From Rhizodiscina lignyota (Eukaryota), in assembly GCA_010015805.1 (NCBI GenBank), contig ML978128.1, positions 992,001 through 1,056,000 on the forward strand: a stretch of DNA of 64,000 nucleotides. The letters are read 5' to 3'. A program made the translations under genes and the position numbers. The notes beneath the pieces were generated by a model. It made no database searches, was not told where the DNA came from, and saw only the letters and a program-made list of their open reading frames with translations. How positions within the stretch are numbered: position 1 is the stretch's first letter; the number at the start of each line of letters is the position of its first letter. This document shows positions 36,749 through 48,917 of this stretch, piece after piece.

Positions 36749-37537
36749 TCACAATTTACTAAACATTGTCTCCTTCTGCGCCCTCGCATCCAACTCCTGT
36801 GTCCAGGCACTTCGAGGCTGAATGTGAAGAAACCAGTACGTCTGAGCCAGATCGGCGGGCTGGACGAGATATGAATCAATGTCTTCCAGCTTGTCCTGCG
36901 CGCCTTCGCGTTGCCACTGTCTCCGGCGCACGCCGCCAATCAATTTACCGTCTACAGGGCCGTCCACAATGATATGTGCCGCATGGATACCCTTGGGCTG
37001 GTATTCTCGAGTGATAATCTGACATAATGACCGTAGCCCGAACTTGCCGGGCGAGAAACTCGCAAGCCCGGGCATCCCTCGTAGGGCTCCGGTCGCGCCA
37101 GTGAAGAGAATCGTGCCCTTCTCCGCAGCCAGCATGTCCGGGAGGACGCACTTTGTTGACCAAAAGGCACCGAAGAGATTGATTTTTGTGAAGTTCTCGA
37201 ATTCCTCGGTGGTCGTGTCCAAGATTGACCTGCCGTTGACGCGGCGAGCGCCGGCGTTGTAGACTAAAACCTGTACAGGGCCTAGGTCACTGCGGATTTT
37301 CTTGAAGCTCGAATTCACAGAGTCCTCAATACGGAGGTCTGTCAGGTAGTATTGTGCTGTCCCTTTGCCATAGTCCGCGTCGATGCCTTGGACCATTGTC
37401 TGCAGTTTGTCTTCCGTCCGGGCGAGCAAGGCGACAACGAAGCCTTCTGCCGTGAATCGTCGTGCAACTGCTTCTCCAATTCCCGGCCCAGCACCGACGA
37501 GTGCAATGACTGGCTTGTTTGCCGAATTGAGAGACAT
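36749..37537 (-). CDS. Short-chain dehydrogenase/reductase, atypical FxxxK subgroup, intronless, PTS1 -SKL
   Basis: VGAGPGIG Rossmann motif, VYNAG, FTGATG, FSPGKFGLRSL (Phe in place of the catalytic Tyr), GIHAAHIIVDG and WTQELD. Ends MFSKL*. Confidence 0.9.
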   Translation of the reverse strand: MSLNSANKPVIALVGAGPGIGEAVARRFTAEGFVVALLARTEDKLQTMVQGIDADYGKGTAQYYLTDLRIEDSVNSSFKKIRSDLGPVQVLVYNAGARRVNGRSILDTTTEEFENFTKINLFGAFWSTKCVLPDMLAAEKGTILFTGATGALRGMPGLASFSPGKFGLRSLCQIITREYQPKGIHAAHIIVDGPVDGKLIGGVRRRQWQREGAQDKLEDIDSYLVQPADLAQTYWFLHIQPRSAWTQELDARAQKETMFSKL

Positions 37538-37775
37538 GTTGGAGAAACGGGTTTAAAAAAGCAGCTAATGTTAACTGTATTGAATTCTAAGGCGGTGATG
37601 AATCAATCTCTCCACTAATCGAACGGTCGTGAAAAATCTTGTATGCCTTGCATCAATGTGAATTGTCGGTCAGGAACCTAGATTTAGTTTATACTCTCGC
37701 AGCTCTATGTAGTTGCTAGGTCGTTGATTGACGTGCTTTACAGCGAATAGTAATCGGTGGGGGGACGAGATTGCG

Positions 37776-37781
37776 CCTCGG
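37776..37781. promoter_or_regulatory. CCTCGG (FarA/FarB/Ctf1-type core site) ~240 bp upstream of the SDR start
   Basis: Exact hexamer in the SDR upstream region. Short motif, so it could be chance. Confidence 0.4.
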
Positions 37782-38472
37782 CCGGCTACTCTAAAACTTG
37801 TGCATAATAAGCAGCGTTGCCGTGGGATATTGTATTTGATTATGATGACTACCAATAGTATCGAGAAATTCTACCGAAAGACATTACAGCTCGGTATATC
37901 GTCAGAAAATTTCCTCTACCAGATCCAGATATGTAGTGAAGGACTGCCTGACTGACGGCGGGAAAGGTGCACTTCGGGCTTGCCCGTCCTCTTGGAAGGC
38001 CATTATTACGTGCATTGAACCTTAATGCTCGGCACATTTTCTTCGCCAGCGCATTAGACTCTTACGACCATGGATTCATGTTATGCATTTCCATGCTTCG
38101 TACATATTCCTACCGAACATTTCACTCGGAAGCCCATCCATCATGGAAGAGAGGGAAAGAAATGCTAGTGGTTGTGGTGAGTGGTGTGTCCAGCAACGAA
38201 AGTTGCCCTTTTGAAGAAACTGGAGGTGGAGAAATTGGAAGAGGGAAGAATTGGAATGAAGAGAAGAGGGTACTGGAGGAAGTGCGTGCAGTATTTGAAG
38301 CTACGTTCTGCCAGCCACAGCTTTCTGTGAAAAACAATTCAAGTGCCCTGCACTACCCACCTGACTCCTCGTGGCCACGAGATAGAGTGAAGCACCAAGG
38401 TTCATAAAAAAGAATTAAAAAAAGTACGCTATGACTTCATGCTATCCATAAAATTGGCATTAATCATACAGT

Positions 38473-41400
38473 TCATCCTTGACTGCCCTCGTGGGTCCTG
38501 TCTTTGCCAAAGCTTAGTCTAGCTACTCTCTCCGCAACTCCTTCTTCTTCATTTTGCCACTCCCTGCTTGAGCCCCTGCTCTTCTTCGGCGAGCCTGGCG
38601 GCGAAGTAATTTCTTCGGGGCTCTTTCTGAGCCCAACATCGCTCGTCGAAGCGACCGACTCAGCAGGCGTCGTCGTTGACGGCTCACTCTGCGTCTTCCC
38701 CAGCTCTTCCAGACTATCAGGCTCGTGCGTTAGATTATCAGCAATCTGCGGCTCCTTAATCGCGGAAGGTGACGACGGTTCAGCATCAGCAGTCTGCTTC
38801 GCACGCTTGTCCTTCTTCGGCGGAGGAGATAGGAGTCGCTGAAATGCGTTCGATCGCCCATCTTCCTCGTCATCATCCTCGTCGTCAGACCTAAAATATG
38901 CCTCATCCCAGCTTCCACTGTCGTCCCGGGCCATCCTCTTACTCTCCCCACTGCCTGCTTCCTTCAACGGCTTCAGTTCATCAGTCGCCTCCCTCATCTC
39001 ACTCGCGGTTCTTCTCGGCGCGTCGCTATCCTCCTGCCCCTTAACATGCTCCCCGTGATCCCCAATCGGCTTATCGGCATCCTTCGCCCTGTCCCTCGCA
39101 GGCTCATCCTCATCGCGGGTACGCGCAGAATACGTGTCGCCAAAGTGCGTGTCGCACAGGTGCTTGACGACCGGCCAGCCATACGCGTTGGCAAACATTC
39201 GGCGCACGACTATGTTGTTGTGAGCATCTGGCTCGAGGCGCACGAGTACCTTGCGCCACGTGAGATCGCGATGATAGGCACGCGCAATCTTCTCTTCCAC
39301 TCGCATGCCACCGATGTCTGCTGAAGAGCCATTGCTGACGCTTTGGTCCGAGAAAGTAGATGAAGTGCCGGAGTCTGGTCCCCAGGTACTTCTGTCAGTA
39401 GACAAAGTGCGGCCCATCCTAGACGGACGTTTCGTTGGTGGAGGAGGAATATCTTCGGGGTGATAGACACGATCGTGCCATATCGTGCGGACGCGGCTTG
39501 CAGGATCGTTGATCCAAGCTCCGGAAGGGATTGGTGGGGCGAGCAAATCACCAGCAGACTCGAAAATAGATGTTTTCGGGGGTGCCTGCATGTTCGTCGG
39601 ATCTTCTAGAATTGAGTCGCCACGTGTTGCAGGAGGACGTTTGTGAACATGGGTTTGTGCACCATGCTCACCGTCGTCTCGATTAGGAATATGATGCTCG
39701 CTAGAAGGCCGTCGTGAGGAGCCACTGTCACTGCCGCTGCGTTCCCATCCAGGAGGTTTCAGTGTCTGACTTCTTTTGAACACCTTGGAATCTTTCTTTG
39801 AAGGCAGCTTTGGTGATTTTGGAGCACGTGGGGAGGACGGTGACGGTCGGAAAAAGTTGAGGAATGTATCAATTGGGCCTGTTGCTTCGCCATTCGTATT
39901 AGTATCAATGTGCAGCTGCCGACTTGACTCATCAAACGACTGAGTTCTGCGGGCTGGTCCAGTAGTCTGAGTTTCATCGTCGACATTCGTTGTGTCTTCG
40001 GCAGGTTGTGGGACCTCTGAGCCAATATGATTAGCTTGCGGAGGTGAAGAGATGTCATCATCCTCATCACCACTGATAGCTGATGCTGTTGGATGAGGAG
40101 ATGAGTTCTGTCCTGTCATTTCCGCCCATCCCCAGCTCGCCATAGTACCAATTAAACCGTTCTCTCTTCTTGCCTTGTCCACCTTTCCAAGACCTCTCCA
40201 GTCGAGGAAGAGAAGGCAGCTGGTTCTTAGAGGGACAATTCCATCGTTGACTACGTTTGAATAAACTGTGCGGTTTCTGAAACGCCGCAACACTTGGTGA
40301 GCAGGGCCGGTGGGCAGGATTCTGAGGAGCGGCTTTGAGCCTGGATCTCCTTGCGATTTCTCTTTCTGGCCCACTCCGAGTCCGCCAACCATGGCACTCC
40401 ACCCGCTCCTGGTTAAGGTTGCCGGCCGCCATGTCAAACCCAAATCTTGACCAGTTCTACCCACAAGACCAAAGTCCAACGCAAATTTGACATACATCGG
40501 GTTCTCGTTGCTAAGTCCGAGGAATGGCGATGCAAGCGCGACAAAGTTGATAGGCTTTATGCGCTCGAAGAAGGTTGGAGAGTGTTTCTGGATATAAGCA
40601 ATCGCATACAGCTGCACGAGTCCGCCCAATGAGTGGCCAACGAAACTGATGCTAGTGTATTTGTATGCTCGTTTCTCCATCTTCTCATCAGGCCTCTGAA
40701 TGCTGCTGTGATTATGAGCCGGCACGCCCTCTTGAGAATCTTTCGACGATTGAGACGAGAAGGCACTGGAGATCTTTCCGGACATTGACTTCTTTACAGG
40801 TAGAACTGGCTGGTCCGGATAAGTCATCTCAAGGATACTTTTTGCCATGCGTTTCCCGAGATATTGGATACCCTTCTCGGTACGAGTCGCATTGCCGTTA
40901 AACCCACGAACGATGATCTGCTCTTCGTCATCATCCTCTTGATCTTGCTTGAGTTGATCTTGCCCTCCGCTCAAAGGAGCAGTTGATGCTTCTTCTGTTG
41001 AATTATGCTTGTCAGACTGAGGAGCTTCAGGGGCATGATCCTCGCAATCAACAGCATCTGAGGGGATTGGTTCGGCTCTCTTCCTCTTCCTCCTGTTCTC
41101 TCGCGCTTGCCTAACTGTAGCATCGATGCTCTCCTTTAGGTAGAGCATGTCCGCCCCCAAATTGCTATGCAAACCATGGGTAAGTACAACAAGATGAATC
41201 TTTTGCTGTTTCTGCACTCGCTTTGTATCTCCCCGTTGACTCCGTTGGCGTGTAAATGAATTCCGTGATTGTCGTCGCCTGCTCGGCGGTCGTTCGTCCC
41301 ATTCCGGAAGCGCCGGCTTATTCCACAAGCTTGCGGTATCATCTACGACCATCTTGATCGCCTTGGAGTATATTCCCTTTGACTGCGCAGAATGATGCCC

Positions 41401-42018
41401 ATCCTTCCCATGCGCCTTCTGCTGATGGTCCACAATCTGGCCCGGTTCTGGCCTCACCCTGCCGGCCACAGCAGCCCAGCCCAGATCCAAACTCTTCTCA
41501 TCGCGGCTAATGAGCATTTCGTAACTTGTTGAAGCAGACAGGGAAAAGATGATCTGCGACGCAATCTCCAATATCCACGTCACGCTTCTACTGCCATCAC
41601 CGCTGTCTGGTGTGCTTGAGCTTGCAAACGACTCTGCTGTCTCCCGGATGTCCTCTGGTACTGGTAGTTTCGCAATCCATTCGCCGCCTGGCTTGAGATA
41701 CGGCTCGAATTGTGGTACGCCGACCCGCCGCTGGTCCTTGGTCTTGTGGTTTGGGTCGAAAGTCGATGGGTACGCTGCGGCATATATGTTGTATGGGCCA
41801 TGAAGATAGGCAGCTCGTAGCGGAATCGCGGCATGATTCTTAATCTTGACGTAGAGGGCGTGTGGGGAGGGGAGGATGCGGTCGTCGGAAGGGGTGTAAG
41901 TGAGGGTATACCTTTTCTATATTAGCTTAAAGTACATTATCATGTAGTAGTTCCTTAAATCGACATACCGAATAACCTCTCCAACCTTGACGGTGCCTTG
42001 CTGGTGAACTAGGAGCAT
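38473..42018 (-). CDS. Putative lipase/serine esterase (DUF676, ROG1-like), 2 exons
   Basis: ATG 42018 MLLVHQQGTVKVGEVIR|YTLTY..LRAAYLHGPY. Motifs HLVVLTHGLHSN, nucleophile elbow GHSLGG, YSNVVNDGIVPLRTS and DAHNNIVVRR. Confidence 0.88.
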
Positions 42019-42654
42019 GCTCAGGGCTTTGCGTGTCGCTTCTGCCCTCTCTCTAAGAGATGGCCTCCAGCGTATGTATGGGCTGTTCTCTCCCAGTCGA
42101 GTGGCGCCACGATCAGGTACTTCGGCAAGTTGAACGACACGCGGTGTAAGCAACATTCATCCGATTCATAGTGTGGTCTCGTGCCAGCGTATATAGGTGT
42201 ATCAATTGTGGGAACCAGTCCGGATGCGCGCGCAAGGCTGCTACTCTTGGAACTGGGATTCAAAGTACAATATTTATGGAAGGGAGATGAGGCTGGAGAA
42301 AGACGAGCTTGAGAAATACGGATTAGCCAAGGCGTTATTCTGTTCTTGCTGGATGTCTTTCAGCCCCAGGTCGCGTGGCGCGTTGGCAATACCCAAGGTT
42401 AAAAGTTGCATGGGATGCAACGCAACGTCATTGCACAAGGAGGTAAGGGGCGCCTGACGTGAAACCCATGTGTGTTTCTTATTTTCATAAAACTTGATTT
42501 TGGAACTCCTGGGTATGTGATATATAATATATGATTCCTGCATGTTGGTGCCCAAAACCGCTAAACTCGCTGTCCGGAATATTGCGAAATGCCTCACCAC
42601 CCTTGCGAAAATCCAAGTCTACGTAGAAAGATACAGTGCAACAATCGTGAGAGC

Positions 42655-44948
42655 CTACGCCTTACGCTTCAAAAGGCCCTTGAAGAAGTCGAAACTATTA
42701 CTGTCGCTCTGCAACTGCCAAACTTTCCCAGTCCGTCTATCCTCCCAGCCCAACTCTTCCGCCAATAGCATCCCCCAATCACGCGTGATACCTTTGATAC
42801 GAGCGCGTGCGCCTCCCTCGGTATCGATAGTGACAATCTGGTCACTATGTTTAAAGACATTAGCGAGTTAATCTAATAGATATGGTTCGGGGGACTTGCC
42901 TGTGAAGCCAATTTCGATAGTACATATCCTCAATGTCCCTGCTCCATCCTTCTCTGACGAACTTATTGTATAATTGCTCAAAGCTCGTCAGTATCCGCGC
43001 AAGCAATTTCTCTGTCTGGACTAGCGGTAGGCCCTTTGCCCTGGCGAGTGCGTTGATGCTTGTAGTTGGGGCGGCATTCGCCAAATTTATGCCGACACCG
43101 ACTACGAGGGTGTAATCGGCGCCTGCATAGCTGGAGTTGACTAAGACGCCTCCAATTTTGACATAGTTCTTCTTCGTTGATCCATTCCTGGCATTGCCAT
43201 TGGAAGCAGAGCCTGGATCGGCTGCGTAGATGTCGTTTGGCCACTTGAGCTTGATGTCAAGATCTTGATACCCAGGTTCGTATGTGTGAATGCCGATGAT
43301 AGCGGCAAGACCAGCGAGATACTGCACGAATACGACTGGCGCTGATTGTGTCAATTGCATCGAGTGCCGTAGGACGACGCTGTAAATGAGGGCGCCTGGA
43401 GGGGAGACCCAGACATTTGAGCCACGACCACGACCGGCGATTTGTGTCGTAGCGCTCGCCGTGAATCCTGACGGGAGTGAATTCAGGAACTTGTTATTTC
43501 TGTCGTGATGTTAATTGTGTGCCATATGTTATGGAAAGGAAACAGACTTCTCGAGCAACGTATTGGTGCTGGTAACCACCTCGCCGTACATGAGGTACTT
43601 CCCGAATTCGCCTTCTATCCCTTTCGTCTTCGTTTGATAGTGCCTCAGGTTCGCAAAATACGCATGGTGGTTGAAGTTTGGCGTCTCCTTGTTCGTTGGC
43701 AGGTCTGTCTCGTGGGCAACAAGTCGCTTGACGACTTTATTATAATCGAGAATGATCCTGTCGCCATCCCCATCACCATCGTCAGCCTTCGAGTCTTCAG
43801 TCACCCCCTCAAGCGCAGAAGCAATAGAGCCAACGACTCGGCTCAGAGTCCCCATAGACCACCGCGACGGCTTTTCAAGGTGGAACGTGTCGTTCTCGGC
43901 CTTGATGTACTCCTCACCGTCGTCGAGGGAGATGATGTCCGCCCACGAGGACACGAGCTCAGAGACGTCGGAGGCGTGCTGCGATGAGAGATGGAGACGG
44001 GAGAGGGACGGTACCGATTGTTCATGTTCATTTATGTTCAAGCCAAGCTTCAGAAGGCAAGCTTTGAGAAACGCTGCGCGTGGTTTATCGTCTGCAGCTA
44101 TAGCTTCGACGACTTTGGCGTATGTTTCGCCGCCGTCTTGCTTGTGCAGATTGACGGCCGCAAATCTGTCTCATATCAGTCATCTCCAAGGACTAGGACG
44201 TAAATAAAACAACTAACTCAGGGTGAGGGCCGGTCAGTACGACATGCCCTTCTCCGGCCTTTCGATATACGACTGCGGCCTTTACAGGCCCAGTGTCAAC
44301 TTTTAGATCTTCAGTGAAGCTAGCGAGAACCTCGACTCCTCGCTCCGCAAGCTTGTCGGCATCAACAAAGGCGCCTCCTCCATTGTAGTACACTCGAAAG
44401 GAGTCCGAGAGAGGATCTGCCTGCTTGACCAAGGCAGACTTGTTCACTTTGAGTTCCACAGCCTTCGCTCCTTTCTCGCTGTGATACACGAAGCCTGGGA
44501 ATGCAAGACCACGGCAAATACCAGGATAGAAGGCAAGTTCACGGTCGCCTACAACTTCCATTCTCTTGTCACCAACTTCGAATTCGCATCGCTGGCTGCC
44601 GTAGTAGGCCCCAGCGCAAAGGCCAAGAAATGCTCCTCCCGCATTAACATATTGAATGATCCGCCGGTTGCCTTCGCCGTTGAGTGTGCGACAGTAGCCT
44701 AAGTCTGCGCCTCCTGGGAAAACAAGCAGAGCGCAAGTTGCAATCCATGGCTCTTTGATGATTGCTTCGCCGTTAACAGGGATGACTGCATAGTTAGGCG
44801 AGAGAAGGCGGCGGAGAGACCACACAGCATGACGGACTGACTCCACTGTGCTGCCATTCCCTGACAATGTGTTAGAGCTGCGAATATGTTTTAAAGAAGT
44901 GTTAATACCTGAATAGACCAACACATTGACCTTGCTGGATCCCGTCAT
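42655..44948 (-). CDS. BPL1: Biotin-protein ligase / holocarboxylase synthetase, multi-exon
   Basis: N-terminal BPL_N domain (VLVYSG, FPGGADLGY, GLCAGAYY, GPHPE). Catalytic domain motifs TSTNTLL, QIAGRGRGSNVWVSP, KWPNDIY, KIGGVLVN and GVGIN. Ends SFDFFKGLLKRKA*. Confidence 0.93.
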
Positions 44949-45054
44949 TTTGGCTGCCTGCTCCGTGCCACCCGAGACTTTTCCGCACGTTGCAACCTAG
45001 ATCGAACACCAAAGACCTCCCAAGTTTGAAAACTTGAACGCAAAGATATACACA

Positions 45055-45499
45055 ATGGCAGAAGAAGAGAAGAAGAATCAAACGAGCGCTGCAGGTGCAG
45101 AAGATGAGGAGCCAGACGAATGGTATGCCGAATTTGAGGTGGTCGGCTTCCCCGCAAAACCGAAGCTGACGAACGATCTTTGCTGCAGGGACAAAAGGAT
45201 TTTCAGCACCGGATGCGCAGGTACTGAATCATCTCAATGATTATTTTTGATCAGTTTGACTCAAAAACGATAGATGAGAATGCGAGATTGACGGATTGCT
45301 ACTATGAGAAGAAGGACTGGAGAGCTTGTGTAAAGGAGGTGAGTCTGTTGGGACTTGGCTAACCCTCACCGAATGGACTTCATCTCACCTTCGCATTTGC
45401 ACCACCACGACGCTGACAAGGTCTATGCAGATGGAAGAGTTCAAACAGTGCTGGAAACGGCAAGGGAATGATCAGAGGACCGACACAAAAGACGTATAG
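45055..45499 (+). CDS. COA4: Cytochrome c oxidase assembly factor 4 (twin CX9C), 4 exons
   Basis: Spliced product MAEEEKK...EPDEWDKRIFSTGCADENARLTDCYYEKKDWRACVKEMEEFKQCWKRQGND..., with two CX9C motifs. Confidence 0.85.
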
Positions 45500-46119
45500 T
45501 GCTCCTTTGGCCAGCAGCTTTCACATTGTCTCAGATCGCGCGATACACCTCCCTACTCCTTGTCCAATTAGCAGCGTCTTTCTACTCATTTATCACCAGT
45601 TCCTTACATATTCCATGGCTAAATATGAACAATGTCATCCTTCTCCTCCGAATACGTTTGTGGAAGGATACCTCTGCAGAATATCAATCTGTTCATCCAC
45701 CGGCGACCCCTTTCCTCATTCCAATCAGCACGCCGACTCTTCTCCATTAAAGCGTTTAATTCAGTCATCTCTTATTAAACTTAGTCGCAGACGAACAGCA
45801 CAAGTCCATTAGAACCTTTACCGATAGCCACTCACAACTTCCATGACGTCGTGGTAGTCTCCTCAGATGTCAACCGATGCGCCGTCTGCAACGACTGGAT
45901 GCCCACTGTCCGATCCACAGTTCCTCATTGCTCGGACGCAAAAGGCAAACTACCCTTGCATGTCCAGCGCAGCTATAACAGCAAGCTCGTTCTCGTCCAG
46001 CCAAAGACATTTGGACAATAGACACTTGCACGAGCTCATACTGAAAAGTATGCTCGGCTCCGTTCACATAAAGTAGAAGAGCAAAAAAAAAAAAAAAAGA
46101 GAAAGAGAATTAAAAGGAT

Positions 46120-46430
46120 AATTGTCGAGGGCAGAAACAAAAGCTCACCGCCAGACCCCACTTCCGGGAGGAAGTAGAGGCTGACGGCTACGAAACCCCC
46201 TCACAGAACTGCAGGTATTACGCCTTCGCCGTATGGCGACCTGCAGACTGATCCTACGGGATTTCTTCGCATCGCTTCACGAGTAATTTCGAGTACATGG
46301 CAGTGAGCAAAGGGGAGGGGGGAAGGGAAAGGGAGATGTCTTGCCCGAGACTCGAACCCAGTGCACTCCAGTGATGGAGCAGTTGTTATGAGACGTGGAG
46401 GGTTGGGCCCAACGCACCATAACAACAAAG
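46120..46430 (-). ncRNA. Candidate structured non-coding RNA (~300 nt) with Pol III-type promoter elements; identity unresolved
   Basis: Minus strand has TATATA at 46457-62, A-box-like TGGTGCGTTGG at 46409-19 and B box GGTTCGAGTCT at 46348-58. Several long helices are present, and a T16 run lies at 46083-98. Confidence 0.55.
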
Positions 46431-46944
46431 ACGGAGACTCAAAGTTTGACGTGACGTATATACTCACTATCCTAAGAAGGCACGGGTACCGTCGGCAGCG
46501 TTTCTGGCGACTCAACGCGACCACAGCGCGAGACAACAAGGCGGACGAAGGGTAGTATGCGTTTCTACAAGCGCTAATGAGTCTAGTTCCAGCTTGAGGT
46601 TCTTGTTCCTTCCTTGTATTCGCCATTTCGCGGCGTTGCAGGCGATATCAACAAATGCCTTGGCGCCGGGCGTCATGCCAACAAAAACTGAGGTTACTTT
46701 ACTTTTGGCTGCTGGAATTCATTTGTTTTGATAGATTTGAGATTTTGTATTCTATCAAGTGCGAGCGCTCAACTTATAACTCGCACAGAAAGCTCCAGGC
46801 CCCAGTGTTACCTCCTTTGAGATGAGTCACCTAGCTCCAAGCTTGTGGATATAGTTCAAGCTTCACTCGATCATGTATGAGCTCCCGACTTAAGTGAAGT
46901 GAATTCTCTTCCATTTGGGGTATTTGCTACATCAATGAACCGTC

Positions 46945-48107
46945 TCATTCCCAATCCTCGATCTTAAACTCGTACTTCCTGTCTCCCAGACCTTTAGGCA
47001 CTGGATTCACATCCTGATCGAAAAGCGTCCTCTCAAAATACGTCACCTTCCCTTCGTTATCGGCCAATATGACAGTTTGTTTCTGAGTCCCATAAAGCCC
47101 AGCCTTGGTGGATGTATCAGGCACGTTAGGGTTTTCTTGTTCCGTTTCACTCCCTTTGAGCGGCGAGTCTGTTCTTAATGGTGTGGCCACGCCCGATATT
47201 CCTGACGACGGACCCTGCAGTGGGAAGCTTCGAACGAAGACCGACTTCTGCATCTTCCTGGTGTACGCTTTCCACTCCTCCGAGCCGTCGTATGCGGGCA
47301 TCGCATCCGTTGAGAGCACCTTCAGCAGTCGGGAGATCAACCTGTCTTCGTCTTCTTGCGCATCGACACTCTGCTTTATGGCAGTCTCAAGCAATGCCTC
47401 ACCATCGATAACCTTCCTCCACGTCCTGTCGCCGAACGGCCTACATATTGTATCAGCATATGATTTGATTGAAATCCCAGAGGAAAAATATTTGGGCAGT
47501 GAACATACGCGTTAGATACTGCGATAGTCTGGTTTGCTTTTCCAGCAATATATGGCAACGCAGAACCGACAGTCGTGCGATTCGACAATATCGCCAATCC
47601 GCTCGGTCTCTTTCCTTCTCCATTGACGTGTCCATTCTCCGCGCTCTTCTTGTCCCATATCCCCAATTCCCCTAGCTTCCCATACATGAGCGTGAAACCC
47701 CCCACGCCCTCCAACTCTCCGTCCTCCACCAATCTTTTTGCCCACTCCTCTGGCTTCTCGTCGGTTGTTAGCCAGTTCTTGATGATGACCCCCCTGCTCA
47801 CGGCGCCCTTGACTACCTTCGCATCCTCCTCATGGAAGTTGGTCAGGCAGGCTATGCGTCCGCCTTTGGTGATGCCGAGCCATGTACCGTGGGCAGGCCT
47901 TTCCATATCGCGGCCTGAGAGGATGTGGTTGTGTGGAGGGTCCCAGTATGCTGCCGGGGAGGTAGGACGGCAGAGGTATTCCTAATATCCATTCAATCAG
48001 CTAGTGGTCTAGTAGATTTATTAAACATACAGAGGCCTTACATCGCGGTTACTGATGAGGATGAAGGGGTATTTCGGGTGGGAGGTGGTGATGATTGCTA
48101 TGCACAT
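46945..48107 (-). CDS. NRDE-domain / TANGO2 (DUF833) family protein, 3 exons
   Basis: MCIAIITTSHPKYPFILISNRD|EYLCRPT, SGRD, GTWLGIT..GRIACLTN, SRG, AVSNA and YGTQKQTVIL. Confidence 0.9.
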
Positions 48108-48917
48108 CGTGTAGCAAGTTCCCAAAGTGGAAATGAGGACTTGAGAGTAGCAGAAGATTGACTGTGTGGTATCACAGACATCAGTATAGTTTGTTTGCAA
48201 GAAGAAGCCAGAACGCGATGCAGGCTGAAAAGTTATATGTAGTTTGCATCACAAGCACCAGCGGCAAAGAAGGCGGTGGAAGCGACCTCGGGCCCAGTCT
48301 TCAACCATTCAACCATCTCCTGAGCCCAAAGTCGACCAGCGCACGCAGATTCCCACCAAGCAGCAGCGACTGAGGCCTGAAGCAGACTCCAGCATGTTGT
48401 GACAGTGGAATATGGATGCCAGGACGATGGCCTGACTCAGTGCAGCTGCGGTGCTCACAGCGCTCGACGTCCAGCGCCGCAGCGTCACCTCGGCCAGACC
48501 TTCTCCAGGCCAGGACATGGATGGGCCGAATCGACCGTCACTCAAATCGCAACGCCGCTGCGCATGACCTGCCTGCGCTCTTTGTGTCACTTTCCCGTAC
48601 CAGACCGGCCTCACGAGGACGCTGCGTTCACGACTCTGTGTTTTCTGACCGCTATTTCTTCTTTCATACTCTCCGTTTCCTTCCTTCTCCTGCGTACCAC
48701 CTGTCTGCTCTTCTCTGGCCGTCGAACTGCCCTATCGGAGATTATTGAGTCTATCGATAACGCGCGGTACCCCTCCCCTCACACGACCCTGACGACAGGC
48801 ACGAGCAGAAACCTTTCTGCCTGGCACCAGAAATCCACGTATACCTTTACGACGAGTACTTAAGCCTGTAAGAAACTCGTGGGAGCCTTCAGAGCTCCAG
48901 AGACCAAGTTGCCCATC

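Noticed and set aside
26400..38400. Starship or other giant mobile element
   Set aside because: No DUF3435 tyrosine recombinase, transposase, terminal inverted repeats or target-site duplication could be identified.
46330..46435. tRNA gene (including tRNA-Sec) suggested by the T-arm/B box and a variable-arm-like hairpin
   Set aside because: No proper D arm or anticodon arm, and the acceptor stem is imperfect. Treated instead as part of a larger ncRNA candidate.
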